From: Candidatus Woesearchaeota archaeon
GTDB lineage: Archaea; Nanobdellota; Nanobdellia; SCGC-AAA011-G17; PNOQ01
NCBI GenBank assembly: GCA_964603065.1
Contig: CAZRTL010000002.1
Coordinates: forward strand, 11,292-75,291
DNA: 64,000 nucleotides
Reading direction: 5' to 3'
A program made the position numbers and the translations under genes. The first letter of the stretch is position 1; each line of letters starts with the position of its first letter. The notes beneath the pieces were generated by a model. It was not told the origin of the DNA and ran no database searches. It saw only the letters and a list, made by a program, of their open reading frames with translations. Shown in pieces: positions 28,159 to 38,826 of this stretch.

Positions 28159-28781
28159 AAGACACCTTAGTAAAATATTGGAAAAGAAGCTATAATTTCG
28201 ATAGAAAAATGATGCAAGCTTTTAAGGATATTCCAAGAGAAAAATTCGTTCTCAAAAAACATAAAAATGAAGCCTATGCGGATATGGCCCTCCCAATATT
28301 AATGGGGCAAACTATTTCTCAACCAACAACAGTAATGATTATGCTAAACGCTTTAGAAGTAAAAAGAGGAGAACATATTTTGGAAATTGGAACTGGTTCT
28401 GGTTACCAAACCGCTTTATTATCAAGATTAGTCGGCCCAAAAGGAAAAGTAACTAGTCTAGAAATCCAACCGGAATTGATAGATTATGCCAAAAAGAATT
28501 TAAGAAAAATAAAGCTAGATAAGAACGTAAAGATAATTAGAACTGATGGTTCCAATGGTCATGAGAAACTCTCTCCTTATGACAAAATCATAGTTACCGC
28601 AGCATCCCCAAAATTAAATCATGCATTATTAGATCAGGTAAAAAGAGAAGGAATTATGGTCGTTCCAGTTGGACACCTTTATGAACAAAAATTATTAAAA
28701 ATAACTAGGAGCAGGGAACTCAGAATTGAAAATCTCGGTGAATTTTTATTTGTTCCCTTACGTGGAGAGCGTGGTTATTAA
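28155..28781 (+). CDS. pcm: Protein-L-isoaspartate O-methyltransferase
   Basis: [41 protein letters not shown]. Confidence 0.96.
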   Translation: MKDTLVKYWKRSYNFDRKMMQAFKDIPREKFVLKKHKNEAYADMALPILMGQTISQPTTVMIMLNALEVKRGEHILEIGTGSGYQTALLSRLVGPKGKVTSLEIQPELIDYAKKNLRKIKLDKNVKIIRTDGSNGHEKLSPYDKIIVTAASPKLNHALLDQVKREGIMVVPVGHLYEQKLLKITRSRELRIENLGEFLFVPLRGERGY

Positions 28782-29617
28782 ACAATAGAATCAATAACTT
28801 TCCGCAACTTACTAACATTTAATTTTTTCTTAAACAGTGGCACTTTAGAATCTAAATTCTCTTCAAAAGTTTTTTTCTTATTAACATAAAATATCCCTAA
28901 AGGATATTTCTTAGTTTCAAGAGCTTTCTTAAAAGCCTTTTCTCTATTTGTTATATCATGCCCTTTCAAATAATAACTATTTTTTTTAAACCAATCAAAA
29001 GTATTCAATTTATTAAAAACTGGACAAGGTTGAAACACATCAATCAAAGCATATCCTTTATGGTTTATTGCCTTCTTCAAAATTTCTTTACTCTCTTTAA
29101 TATCTCCAGCATTAATTCTAGCTACAAAAGAAGCATCTAAAGCAATAGCAACAGATAAAGGGTTAAACGGCTCCATAACAACCCCAGAAATTTGAACAGG
29201 AGTTTTCATTCCTTTCAAGGAAGTAGGAGAAGCTTGCCCTTTGGTTAAACCATAAATAAGATTATTATGAACTAAATTAACAATATTAGGGTTTCTTCTA
29301 ATAGTATGTATAAAATGATTTCCTCCCTCCCCATAAATATCTCCATCACCTGAAGTTACAACTACAGTCAAATTAGTGTTACTAACTTTTATTCCGGTTG
29401 CAGGACTTAAAGCTCTTCCATGTAGCCCATTAAAAACATTTGTCTTCATATAATGGGGAGTTTTGGCAGCTTGCCCAATTCCAGAAACTAAAACTAAATT
29501 TTCCGGTCTTATTTTTAAATCGTAGATAGATTCTTTAACGATTTTCAAAATATTAAAATTACCACAGCCAGGGCACCAAGCCATATCAATATTTCCCATT
29601 TCTAAATGTTTTCTCAT
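28778..29617 (-). CDS. 2-oxoacid:ferredoxin oxidoreductase beta subunit
   Basis: [35 protein letters not shown]; substrate not assignable. Confidence 0.95.
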   Translation of the reverse strand: MRKHLEMGNIDMAWCPGCGNFNILKIVKESIYDLKIRPENLVLVSGIGQAAKTPHYMKTNVFNGLHGRALSPATGIKVSNTNLTVVVTSGDGDIYGEGGNHFIHTIRRNPNIVNLVHNNLIYGLTKGQASPTSLKGMKTPVQISGVVMEPFNPLSVAIALDASFVARINAGDIKESKEILKKAINHKGYALIDVFQPCPVFNKLNTFDWFKKNSYYLKGHDITNREKAFKKALETKKYPLGIFYVNKKKTFEENLDSKVPLFKKKLNVSKLRKVIDSIV

Positions 29618-31293
29618 ATAACATCACCTAATTTCTTAGTCAATTCTTCAACCGAGAAAGGCAGACCGGAATATTTCAAAACATTAACAACATTTCTACC
29701 CGATTCCAATTTCAACAATTTACCAAACTGTCCAGTTGCATTATTCTCCACAACAATTATTTTCTTTGCCTTCTTCAAATATTCTTTAGTTTTATTATGT
29801 AAGGGCCAAACCTGTTTAAAATGTAAAAAAGACACACCTTTCTTATTCAATTCCTCTAAACTCTCTTTAACGACTCCTTTTGTGCTCCCCCAAGAAACAA
29901 CTAATGTTTTGTATTTTTCTTTTCCGATTAGTTCTGGCCCAATTTCATTTTTAATTGGGACTAATTTTTTCAATCTCTTCTCAACCATCCTATTTCTGAT
30001 ATTATGGTCTTCCGTAATATGCCCCTCTTCATCATGTTCATCGCTATCAACAGAAACTAAACCTTTTCCAAAAGAAGGAATTCCTCTGGGAGAAAAACCA
30101 GAATTTACTAATTTATATCTTTTATAATCTTTAGAAGTTTTAACAAAATAATGTTTAATCTTTTCTTTACTTACATTTAATTTAGGAATATTATTAAAAG
30201 AATCCACCAAAAACTGATCTGTCAAAATAATTACAGGAACTTGGTATTTATCTGCCAAATTAAAAGCCCTTTGAGTCAAATAAAAAGCTTCCTTAGCATC
30301 GCCAGGGGCCAAAATAACTCTTGGATACTCACCATGTCCACCATATAAAGCAAGTTCTAAATCTCCCTGTTCAGTTCTAGTTGGTAAACCTGTTGCCGGT
30401 CCAGGTCTTTGAGCAATATGTATGACAAACGGACTCTCTAACATTCCAGCCAAACTAAATCCCTCAGTCATCAAATCAAAACCCCCGCCAGAAGTTGTTA
30501 CAATGGATCTTCCTCCAGTATACCAAACTCCCAAAGCCATATTTATGGCAGCTATTTCATCTTCAGTCTGTTCTACTAAAATATCAAAATCTTTACTATA
30601 CTTGGCCAAATTATTCAAAACTCCAGTCGAAGGACTCATTGGATATGAAGAAATAAAATTACATCCTCCAGCTACTGCCCCCAAAGCAATGGCTTCACTA
30701 CCGTCGATATATAATTCTTTTTTGACCTTATTGTCTTTCTCTAATTTTATTTTAATGTGATGCGACAAACTCTTTCCATATCCATAGCCTTTTTTTGCTG
30801 CTAAAATATTACTCTTAAAATCTTTTCCTCTGCTTCCAAAATAATTTTTAATATAGTTACTAATTACACCAAACTTAATTCCAAATAATCCTAAAATGGC
30901 TCCCACAGCAACAGTATTTGAATATAATTCATTACCCAACTCTTTAGCTATTTTTGATAATGGAATATCGACGATTCCTTTTTCTAACTTTTCTTTTTCT
31001 CCAATAATTATGGTATTTTCATTAACTCTATGTTTATATCTGTTTAAAGAATCTAAATTCAAAGGTAAAAATATATCCATCCGATCCAAATAAGCCGAAA
31101 TTCTTTTCGAACAAATTCTTACTTGAGTAGAATTAACCCCTCCTCTAACTCTAGACATATATTCCTTCATTGCAAAAACATGATATCCCTCTAATTTCAA
31201 AATATGTGTTAACATGTGTTGAATCGTCTGAATACCTTGACCAGCAGCTCCTGCCAGAACAATAGAAATATCATCCAAAAACTCTCTTTTCAT
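29614..31293 (-). CDS. 2-oxoacid:ferredoxin oxidoreductase alpha(+gamma) subunit
   Basis: [38 protein letters not shown]. Confidence 0.95.
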   Translation of the reverse strand: MKREFLDDISIVLAGAAGQGIQTIQHMLTHILKLEGYHVFAMKEYMSRVRGGVNSTQVRICSKRISAYLDRMDIFLPLNLDSLNRYKHRVNENTIIIGEKEKLEKGIVDIPLSKIAKELGNELYSNTVAVGAILGLFGIKFGVISNYIKNYFGSRGKDFKSNILAAKKGYGYGKSLSHHIKIKLEKDNKVKKELYIDGSEAIALGAVAGGCNFISSYPMSPSTGVLNNLAKYSKDFDILVEQTEDEIAAINMALGVWYTGGRSIVTTSGGGFDLMTEGFSLAGMLESPFVIHIAQRPGPATGLPTRTEQGDLELALYGGHGEYPRVILAPGDAKEAFYLTQRAFNLADKYQVPVIILTDQFLVDSFNNIPKLNVSKEKIKHYFVKTSKDYKRYKLVNSGFSPRGIPSFGKGLVSVDSDEHDEEGHITEDHNIRNRMVEKRLKKLVPIKNEIGPELIGKEKYKTLVVSWGSTKGVVKESLEELNKKGVSFLHFKQVWPLHNKTKEYLKKAKKIIVVENNATGQFGKLLKLESGRNVVNVLKYSGLPFSVEELTKKLGDVI

Positions 31294-31380
31294 TAGTTAA
31301 ATTTCAAATTAGAAGTTTAAAAAAGTTGTGATAGCTTAAATAAATAATTTTAAATATTAGTATAGGAGTAGTAAATAGAA

Positions 31381-31611
31381 ATGGAAGATAATAATTTAGA
31401 ATATCCAATAACAAATAACTCTGAAGAAATAAACACAGGTGAATACACTTGTCAGTCATCTATAAATATTGATAAATCAAAAGAACGAGAAGATCTGAAA
31501 AGAATTCTAGAAAAACAAATAAAAGAAAGAATGATAAGATCAAATCCAGATAGAACTAGGATTCCAGAACTAACTCGTGAAGAAAGAGAAAAATTCCTAA
31601 GAGAATTATAA
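31381..31611 (+). CDS. Hypothetical protein
   Basis: 76 aa, GGAG SD upstream. Confidence 0.5.
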   Translation: MEDNNLEYPITNNSEEINTGEYTCQSSINIDKSKEREDLKRILEKQIKERMIRSNPDRTRIPELTREEREKFLREL

Positions 31612-31615
31612 GTAT

Positions 31616-32326
31616 TTAAACGTCTGTATAACCACCATCAACAACAATCGTTTGTCCAGTGATATACTCGGAAGCATCAGATGCTAAAAAAGCTGCAGTT
31701 TCTGCAATATCTATCGGTTTACCCATTCTTTTTTCTGGAATAACTTGAACAAGTCCCGCCATAGTTTTCTTATCTAATCCTTTAACAACACCAGGAGTTT
31801 TTATTGCCCCTGGAGCAATTGCGTTAACATTAATATTATACTTAGCTAAATCTAAAGCAGCTCCTTTTGTAAATCCCATAACTCCTGCTTTTGTTGTACA
31901 ATAATGAACCAAATTTGGAAAACCCACTTCAACTCCTGCAATGGAAGCAATGCTTATTATCTTTCCATATTTTTTCTTAATCATATAAGGCAAAGCGGCA
32001 CTGGTAACATTAAAAATACCATCTAAATTAACAGACAAAACTGATTTCCATTGTTCATAAGTCATCTTATCAAATGGGACAAATGGATAAACTCCAGCAT
32101 TATTAACCAATATATCAATTTTTTTATATTTCTTAATTGTTTGTTCCACCAAATTTTTAGCTTCTTCAGGTTTAGAAACATCGCATTTAACAAAAAAATG
32201 TTTACTCTTGATTTTTTTTCTAGCGCAGATAACTACTTTTGCTCCCTGCTTAGACAATTTATCAGCTATCCCTTTTCCAATACCTAAAGTACCTCCAGTA
32301 ACAATAGCCACTTTTCCTTTTAACAT
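31616..32326 (-). CDS. FabG-like short-chain dehydrogenase/reductase
   Basis: [27 protein letters not shown]. Confidence 0.9.
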   Translation of the reverse strand: MLKGKVAIVTGGTLGIGKGIADKLSKQGAKVVICARKKIKSKHFFVKCDVSKPEEAKNLVEQTIKKYKKIDILVNNAGVYPFVPFDKMTYEQWKSVLSVNLDGIFNVTSAALPYMIKKKYGKIISIASIAGVEVGFPNLVHYCTTKAGVMGFTKGAALDLAKYNINVNAIAPGAIKTPGVVKGLDKKTMAGLVQVIPEKRMGKPIDIAETAAFLASDASEYITGQTIVVDGGYTDV

Positions 32327-32360
32327 ATTTAATTTTAAGTTTTAAGTTTTATAAATTTTT

Positions 32361-34271
32361 CTAAATTGATTTTTTAATTTTTTCTAAAGAACCGGGGTTA
32401 GATAGAGTGCTAATATTCCCTAGTTTTTCCCCTGCAAGAAGATTTCGAAGCATCCTTCGGATTATTTTTCCACTTCTTGTTTTGGGAAGATCATCGACAA
32501 AATAAATTTTTTTAGGAGTAGCAATCGGGCCAATATCTCTCCTAACATCCTTAACTAATTTTTCCCCCAATGATTTACTTAATTTATGACCTTTTTTCAA
32601 AACAACAAAAGCAACTGGAACCTCTCCTTTAATCTTATCAGGAATTCCAACAACAGCACTCTCTGTAACAATATTATCTTCATTAATAGAATTTTCCATC
32701 TCTCCACTAGATAACCTATGTCCGGCCACTTTTATTACATCATCAACTCTTCCAGTTACCCTAATATTATTTTTATCATAATAAAAAGCTCCATCACTGG
32801 TGTCATATTTTCCCTTAAATCTACTCCAATAAGTCTCCCTATATCTTTTCTTGTCTCTAAAAACTCCATGTAACATACCAGGAGCAAAAGGACTTAACTG
32901 AACTAAATAACCTTTTTTTGATTTATTTCCTTTCTCATTAACAATTTCATGTTTAACTCCAGGAAAACTTCTACCAGCAACACCCGGAATAAACGGGCCG
33001 ACCCCAGGTAAAGCATTAATCATATTACTCCCAGTTTCGGTTTGCCACCAAGTATCAATTATAGGCAACCTATTTTTTCCAATGTTCTTAAAATACCACT
33101 TCCATGAGTCCTCATCAATTGGCTCACCCACAGTACCCAAAATTTTCAAAGAATCTAATTTATATTTTTTAACCCATTTATCCCCCAATTTCATAAACAT
33201 TCTAATTGCAGTTGGAGCCGTATAAAATACATTTACATTATTTTCTTCTATTATTTTCCACCATCTATCCGGCTTGGGAAAATTCAAAGCTCCTTCATAT
33301 AAAACAAAAGTACTCCCTAATGATAAAGGACCATAACAAGAATAAGTGTGTCCAGTAATCCAACCCACATCAGCAGTACACCAAATTACATCTTCTTCAT
33401 GTAAGTTAAAATTCCACTTGGTACTCCAATAAGCATGTGTTAAATACCCCCCAGAATCATGTACAATCCCCTTGGGCTTTCCTGTAGTTCCAGAAGTATA
33501 CAAAATAAATAAAGGATCCTCAGAATTCATAATAACCGGTTCACAATAATTTTCAGCTTTCTTCATCTCTTTCTCATAAGAAACAAATTTTTTATCTAAT
33601 TTTATTTTTTTGTTTAAACGATTGACAACTAAAATTTTTCTCACTTTAGTTCCTTCTATTCCTTTTATAACTTTTTTCAACAAATCTTCTCTCTTTCCCT
33701 TTCTGTAATATCCATCTGCAGTAATCAAAACCTTACTCTTTCCATCCTTTATTCTATCTTGTAATGATTTTTCAGAAAAAGCAGAAAATACAATCGAATG
33801 AACGGCTCCAATTCTCGCACAAGCTAACATAGAAACAATAACTTCAGGAATTAAAGGCAAATAAATAGTTACGACATCTCCCTTTCTCACTTTAAAGTTT
33901 TTTAGAACATTTGCAAATTTGTTTACTCTTCTATTTAATTCCTCATAATCAATCTTGATTGTTTTTTCTTTAGTAGGTTCAGGAACCCAAATTAAGGCAG
34001 GTTTCTTCCCCCTAATATTAATATGTCTGTCTAAACAATTATAAGAAACATTTAATTTTCCCCCTTTAAACCATTTAAAGTAAGGAAGTTTTTCTTCGTA
34101 AGTTTTGCTCCATAATTTATCCCAATATACACCTTGCTTAGCCAAATGATCCCAAAATTTAATAGGATCTTTAGAATCTTCGTAAACAGACTCAGAATTA
34201 ATCCAAGCTATTTTTTTCATTTCCTCACTTGGATAATACTTATTTCCTCTTTTTACAACATATTTAACCAA
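32361..34271 (-). CDS. acs: Acetyl-CoA synthetase (AMP-forming)
   Basis: YTSGTTGKPKG, DTWWQTETG, GRVDDV, PKTRSGK; TTG start. Confidence 0.95.
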   Translation of the reverse strand: MVKYVVKRGNKYYPSEEMKKIAWINSESVYEDSKDPIKFWDHLAKQGVYWDKLWSKTYEEKLPYFKWFKGGKLNVSYNCLDRHINIRGKKPALIWVPEPTKEKTIKIDYEELNRRVNKFANVLKNFKVRKGDVVTIYLPLIPEVIVSMLACARIGAVHSIVFSAFSEKSLQDRIKDGKSKVLITADGYYRKGKREDLLKKVIKGIEGTKVRKILVVNRLNKKIKLDKKFVSYEKEMKKAENYCEPVIMNSEDPLFILYTSGTTGKPKGIVHDSGGYLTHAYWSTKWNFNLHEEDVIWCTADVGWITGHTYSCYGPLSLGSTFVLYEGALNFPKPDRWWKIIEENNVNVFYTAPTAIRMFMKLGDKWVKKYKLDSLKILGTVGEPIDEDSWKWYFKNIGKNRLPIIDTWWQTETGSNMINALPGVGPFIPGVAGRSFPGVKHEIVNEKGNKSKKGYLVQLSPFAPGMLHGVFRDKKRYRETYWSRFKGKYDTSDGAFYYDKNNIRVTGRVDDVIKVAGHRLSSGEMENSINEDNIVTESAVVGIPDKIKGEVPVAFVVLKKGHKLSKSLGEKLVKDVRRDIGPIATPKKIYFVDDLPKTRSGKIIRRMLRNLLAGEKLGNISTLSNPGSLEKIKKSI

Positions 34272-34343
34272 GATAATAAAAATTTAAAATTAAAGTTTAT
34301 ATGTCTTTTGTTTGCAGAGGTTCAGAATTTTCTAAAATTTTTT

Positions 34344-34658
34344 CTAATTTTCGAATAAACTCTGTGTCAGCACGACATCCAGTTTTATGACTGTACTCAG
34401 AACCTTTTTTTCAACATAAAGTACATTAAGTGTATCTCCAGAAGATCTAGTTTGAACAGTTTGTACTTTTATCTTGTCTAGATTAGCACCCATAACAACA
34501 TTTCTTTCATCTTCATTAGGTTGAACAAAATGATATACAGTATAATGTTTCCACATTTCTGGAACATTAATAGTTATATTCTGATCAACTAGTTTAACTA
34601 AATAATGTTTACTCCCCATTTCATTACAATCATCAAATCTACATTCACCCATTCCCAT
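34344..34658 (-). CDS. Hypothetical protein, possible Cys2His2 metal site
   Basis: MGECRFDDC...PEMWKHYTVYH. Confidence 0.5.
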   Translation of the reverse strand: MGMGECRFDDCNEMGSKHYLVKLVDQNITINVPEMWKHYTVYHFVQPNEDERNVVMGANLDKIKVQTVQTRSSGDTLNVLYVEKKVLSTVIKLDVVLTQSLFEN

Positions 34659-34659
34659 T

Positions 34660-35124
34660 TTAAAGCCTCCTTAATTTTCTCTCTAATTCTTCATTGAAAT
34701 AAATTATTTTAAACTTGGGGTCAAAATCCCCAGGAAAATCTACCTCGCTAAAATTCCAACCATCTGTTTTTTTTATTCTTAAAGGATGAGGGTATTGTAC
34801 CAAACTAGCAAGACCTTTAATAGCCTTCTCAAAATCTCCATTTTCAGGAATTACCATTTTATAATACATACAATCTTCTCCAGCTACATCTTCCTTAATT
34901 TCAAAAGTACTTGGTAAATATAACCTTGTATGCTGCTCATGTTTTCTAGAATTTGTAGCAGTAAAACCAATTTGCATTTTACCTCCTTTACTATAAACGG
35001 AGGGTAAATCCACATTTACATCAAAGTAAACTTCACTAGCAGGAATATGATTAGTTTTTAAAAATCCATCTTCAAGAATAATAGTATCATTTTCTTCAAA
35101 CACTTGAAATAATAATTCTTCCAT
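34660..35124 (-). CDS. Hypothetical protein
   Basis: 154-aa ORF. Confidence 0.6.
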   Translation of the reverse strand: MEELLFQVFEENDTIILEDGFLKTNHIPASEVYFDVNVDLPSVYSKGGKMQIGFTATNSRKHEQHTRLYLPSTFEIKEDVAGEDCMYYKMVIPENGDFEKAIKGLASLVQYPHPLRIKKTDGWNFSEVDFPGDFDPKFKIIYFNEELERKLRRL

Positions 35125-35162
35125 AAAAAAGGAAAATCTATTTTACTTTTAAATCTTCCTCT

Positions 35163-35759
35163 TTACTTAAGTGATCTTTTCAAGAATTTCTTTTTATCCT
35201 TTGTTCCTTTATCCCAAAGCATTTTTGTGTATCCAGTATTATCAATTTTAATAGGATCTATTTTCAGTTCTTTCAAAACATTCATAATCTTCTTTCTTGC
35301 TCTCTTAACATTTCTTAGTTTAGACAAATACTCAATCTCCATAAAATAACCAAGATGTTTTACATGATTTATTTCAATATGAATTTTCTTATCTTTTTTA
35401 TAAACATAGGTTTCATTCCTTTTTATTTTTTTTATCCACTCAACAAAACCTAAATCTTCAAATAAAGCCAAAATAGATTTAACTTCATTCTTCCCCCTCA
35501 ATCTAAACTCAAATTCTTCCTTAACTACAATTTCTTTTGTCCAATATTTTCTAAGCCATCTCTTAAAATTAAATTCAAACTTATCATCTACAGCTCTTAT
35601 TCTAAAAGCTTTTTTTGGATATATTTTACTCTTCAGAGCAAAATAATCATCAGCCTTTTTCCCTCTTTTCTTAAATCTAGCAATCTTCTTTATTCTTCTT
35701 CTTAACTCGGGCACTTCAGAATTATCAAGTTTAACTTTTGTTTCAACTTCAAGCCACAT
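35163..35759 (-). CDS. CYTH domain protein (class IV adenylate cyclase/triphosphatase family)
   Basis: EVETK (ExExK), FRIR, KIKRNETY, GYFMEIE. Confidence 0.88.
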   Translation of the reverse strand: MWLEVETKVKLDNSEVPELRRRIKKIARFKKRGKKADDYFALKSKIYPKKAFRIRAVDDKFEFNFKRWLRKYWTKEIVVKEEFEFRLRGKNEVKSILALFEDLGFVEWIKKIKRNETYVYKKDKKIHIEINHVKHLGYFMEIEYLSKLRNVKRARKKIMNVLKELKIDPIKIDNTGYTKMLWDKGTKDKKKFLKRSLK

Positions 35760-35807
35760 AGTTTATTTTTTAAAATTTAAGTTTAAAAAAGTTACTAAAA
35801 AGATTGA

Positions 35808-35879
35808 AAGACGTTGTAGTGTCCTTTTTTCATCTCAATTGCCAAAGCAAAAAATCAAAAGGTGTTGGCCAAACGTCTT
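35808..35879. other. Nested stem-loop, possible small structured RNA
   Basis: AAGACGTT/AACGTCTT, CCTTTT/AAAAGG and TTGC/GCAA nested stems in an intergenic region. Confidence 0.35.
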
Positions 35880-36008
35880 AATAATATATTTCTTAACGTA
35901 CTTATAAAACTAACTAAATGTTTATTAATAACTAAAAATACGACTTCCCTATGGAAATCAAATCTTATTTTTTCATAATTTTTATCAAATCTTTGAACTA
36001 AATAAGAA

Positions 36009-36152
36009 CGCCGGGACTGGGATTTGAACCCAGATGCCCAAAAAGGGCCAGGCTAACTGGTATTTTTTCTGAAATATCAATTCCAGGCTTACACTCTGGG
36101 AAAATATGAATTTTCACCAAATCTGTGCAATACCAGATTATGCGATCCCGGC
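36009..36152 (-). tRNA. tRNA-Ser(GGA) with two introns: 34 nt at 29/30 (36089..36122) and 26 nt at 37/38 (36055..36080)
   Basis: Removing both gives CAGGC-CTGGAAA-GCCTG; BHB helices GCAC:GTGT and CTGG:CCAG with 3-nt bulges; long variable arm; G73. Confidence 0.9.
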
Positions 36153-36480
36153 ATAACAAAAGAACAACTTAAGGGCTTTTTAAACTTTTTTATATAACCA
36201 AAACTAGGCTTTGTTTAATAAGTAGCTTCTGTTTAAAAAGTTAATTAGTTTATGACTTATTAAACAAAGCCCCAAAACTAGAAAACTATATAAATTCCAA
36301 CCATTCTAAAAATACTATGTTACTAGAATCAATAAACAAATATTTTAAGATGATTCTAGTGCTAGCTAACTCTAACAATATTAAATATATTTGTTAGGAT
36401 CAATAAAAAGTCCTAACAAGTGTATGAATTTTTCTTTATAATTCTACATGGTTTGGGACTCTAAATAGGAGGTACAAAAA

Positions 36481-36795
36481 ATGGAAACTTGCAGCTTATG
36501 CGAATACGAGATAACTGATCCGAGGTGTATGAGCTGTCTAAAAAATAATGCCTTAGAGTTTCTAAGGAACCGGCCGCATTTGAACAAAGAAGTAGAGACC
36601 GCTATAGAAAAATTTGAAAAAGTAGAATCAAATGGAACAAGATGTATTTCTTGTAGTAATAAAGTAAAAGTATGTGATTATTGCTTTTATAGTTTTATTC
36701 AGAAACGATTAAAAGAGAAAAACATCACAGTTTCAGAAGAGTTTAATAAAATTTTTAGATTAAATATTATTCCTGTATTTCAATCTCTATGTTAA
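36481..36795 (+). CDS. Multi-CxxC (zinc-binding) hypothetical protein
   Basis: CSLC, CMSC, CISC, CDYC; GGAGG SD. Confidence 0.7.
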   Translation: METCSLCEYEITDPRCMSCLKNNALEFLRNRPHLNKEVETAIEKFEKVESNGTRCISCSNKVKVCDYCFYSFIQKRLKEKNITVSEEFNKIFRLNIIPVFQSLC

Positions 36796-37075
36796 CACCT
36801 TCGGGAATTGGTACTCTCATAATAAGTCTTAGAGCCCTTTCATCTAAACCTAACTCTATTAGTTTTTTATGAATTCTCATTTCATATCTTTCCCAAGAAG
36901 CTTTTCCCTCTCCATCAGGACTTTTCCTAGTAGTTAATTTCATCTTTTTAGTAGGTAAAGGGATTGGACCATGTACTTTAGTTTTAGTTTTTTTAGCAAT
37001 ATCAGTAATCGAATCACAGATAGCATTAAGCTTATCTATTTCCGCACACGCCAAGTTTATCTTCGCTTTTTGCAT
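36767..37075 (-). CDS. rpsJ: 30S ribosomal protein uS10
   Basis: HGPIPLPT, RKSPDGEG, YEMRIHKKLI; start moved to MQKAKI. Confidence 0.96.
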   Translation of the reverse strand: MQKAKINLACAEIDKLNAICDSITDIAKKTKTKVHGPIPLPTKKMKLTTRKSPDGEGKASWERYEMRIHKKLIELGLDERALRLIMRVPIPEGVNIEIEIQE

Positions 37076-37115
37076 TTTATATTTAGGCAAAATTATCTAT
37101 TTATAAAGCTTTTCT

Positions 37116-37499
37116 TTAGAAACTTTCATTATTATTTTCAGGAACAATTTTTGTTTCTCCCAAATCAGGAGTTTCATGAGGAAGCATTTTTAAAACATAC
37201 ATTTTTTCATTAAGATACTTAATACGTAACATTCTAAAAACTTCTTTTAATTTGGGAGCTTCAATTTCTCCATAAATACCATACATTGTTGACTCAAATA
37301 GTCTACCTATATCTCTTGTCCCGTACCCATTCACTAATGTTGTGTCTGATAATGTCAGACTAGCTTCAAATGCGCCAGTTTTAATATAGGCATCTGGCTC
37401 TGGAGCTCCTTGAACTGGGTTTCCTCTTATAACATAACCCCCAAAAGCACCAATAGCCAAAAGAAGTACTCCTACTAAGCCATTTTTTAATCTATCCAT
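37116..37499 (-). CDS. Hypothetical membrane-anchored protein
   Basis: N-terminal TM. Confidence 0.55.
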   Translation of the reverse strand: MDRLKNGLVGVLLLAIGAFGGYVIRGNPVQGAPEPDAYIKTGAFEASLTLSDTTLVNGYGTRDIGRLFESTMYGIYGEIEAPKLKEVFRMLRIKYLNEKMYVLKMLPHETPDLGETKIVPENNNESF

Positions 37500-37547
37500 A
37501 AAAAAGGGAACTTAACAAGATTTAAAAAACTAACTAAAAATAAAAAA

Positions 37548-38081
37548 TTAAAGGATACTAGCCTTAATTATTTTAACTTCCTCAATCGGTCGGTCCATAG
37601 AATCCTTATCAACTTTAGCTATCGAATCAACAACATCCATCCCTTCAATAACCTTGCCAAAAACTGGATGTTTTCCATCTAAGAAATTATTATTAACTAG
37701 ATTAATAAAAAACTGACTCCCCCCAGTATTAGGACCAGCATTAGCCATACTAATAGTCCCTCTATTATTCTTATCTAAGTCTCCATTAGTAAATTCATCC
37801 TCAATAGTATAACCCGGACCGCCCATTCCAGTACCTTCCGGATCTCCACCCTGAATCATAAAACCATCAATAACTCTATGAAAAATAACGCCATCATAAA
37901 AACTTTCAGAAACTAATTTCTTAAAATTTCCTGCAGTGATCGGCATTTCATCATATAATTCTATAACAATATCTCCTTTACTTGTCTCTAATTTAACTTT
38001 TGTATTTCCATTTCCCGAATTCATTATTAATATTCCTCCAATAATTAACACTAAAATTATGATTAAACTCTTTTTTTTCAT
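37548..38081 (-). CDS. Cyclophilin-type peptidyl-prolyl isomerase with N-terminal membrane anchor
   Basis: FHRVIDGFMIQGGD, SMANAGPNTGGSQFFI, HPVFGKV. Confidence 0.96.
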   Translation of the reverse strand: MKKKSLIIILVLIIGGILIMNSGNGNTKVKLETSKGDIVIELYDEMPITAGNFKKLVSESFYDGVIFHRVIDGFMIQGGDPEGTGMGGPGYTIEDEFTNGDLDKNNRGTISMANAGPNTGGSQFFINLVNNNFLDGKHPVFGKVIEGMDVVDSIAKVDKDSMDRPIEEVKIIKASIL

Positions 38082-38344
38082 CTTCAAACATTCCTATCTA
38101 AGATTTATAAAGTTTTTGTTAATATTTTTTAATTAATCCCGGCCAAACCTTACTACAATTTCTTGAGATTTATTTAATTCAATACTGGCCAAACACTCAT
38201 TAACCATTTGCCCAATTTCATCTTTAAGCAAAGGTCAATTACATACCATATTTCTCCCAAAACGTTTATACCACTTAACCTCAAAACCTTTATATTTAAA
38301 ATTATGAGGTTGTTCAAAGTTTACTAAAAAAGTTGTTTCAACTT

Positions 38345-38734
38345 TTATTCAAAAAGATTTTCTAAAATATGGAAAAATTTTTTTCCCTCTTTCTGAGAAA
38401 AGTTGTCATTCCATAATTTATCATAATATCTACATTTTTCTCCATCTAATGGAGGTTCAGAAGCAATACTTAAAACCATTACATAAGGTCTTGACAATTG
38501 TTTTAATGAAGGCCTTTTTGCACAATCTTCATCTTTTTTAGTACTATGATCTGGAGAGAAATGCCATTTTCCACAAAATAATAAAGCATAAGATCCATCT
38601 GACATAACAAAATTAGTAGAATATTCCGTAAAATAAGGGTTTTGTCCCTTATCCCAACTATTTTTTCTCACCTTATCTACTATTTTGAGACCAGATGTTA
38701 TATCCTCAATAGAATATTCAGAATTTTTTCCCAT
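38345..38734 (-). CDS. Hypothetical protein (ORFan) preceded by conserved upstream element
   Basis: ATG start at 38734 fits TATA spacing. Confidence 0.6.
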   Translation of the reverse strand: MGKNSEYSIEDITSGLKIVDKVRKNSWDKGQNPYFTEYSTNFVMSDGSYALLFCGKWHFSPDHSTKKDEDCAKRPSLKQLSRPYVMVLSIASEPPLDGEKCRYYDKLWNDNFSQKEGKKFFHILENLFE

Positions 38735-38762
38735 TTTTCCCACAATACAAAATCGATGCCCG

Positions 38763-38806
38763 TTTATAAATTTTTCTATATGTAACTACTAATCAAAAAT
38801 AACAAA
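38763..38806 (-). promoter_or_regulatory. Conserved upstream element plus BRE/TATA, copy 4
   Basis: Sense strand TTTTGTTATTTTTGATTAGTAGTTACATATAGAAAAATTTATAAA. Confidence 0.72.
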
Positions 38807-38826
38807 ATAAGAAAAAAAGAAAGGAA

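Noticed and set aside
9124-36152. Identical tRNA-Ser ends 27 kb apart as attL/attR of an integrated element
   Set aside because: Both are complete tRNA genes with different anticodons; there is no integrase, and essential genes (pheST) lie between them.
36322-36360. 10-bp perfect inverted repeat ACTAGAATCA/TGATTCTAGT
   Set aside because: Single AT-rich instance with a 19-nt spacer and no second copy; compatible with chance.
38133-38249. SD plus ATG, four codons, in-frame TGA, then 33 more open codons (possible UGA readthrough or pseudogene)
   Set aside because: Too short, no recognisable homology or SECIS-like hairpin, and TGA is a normal stop in many genes here.
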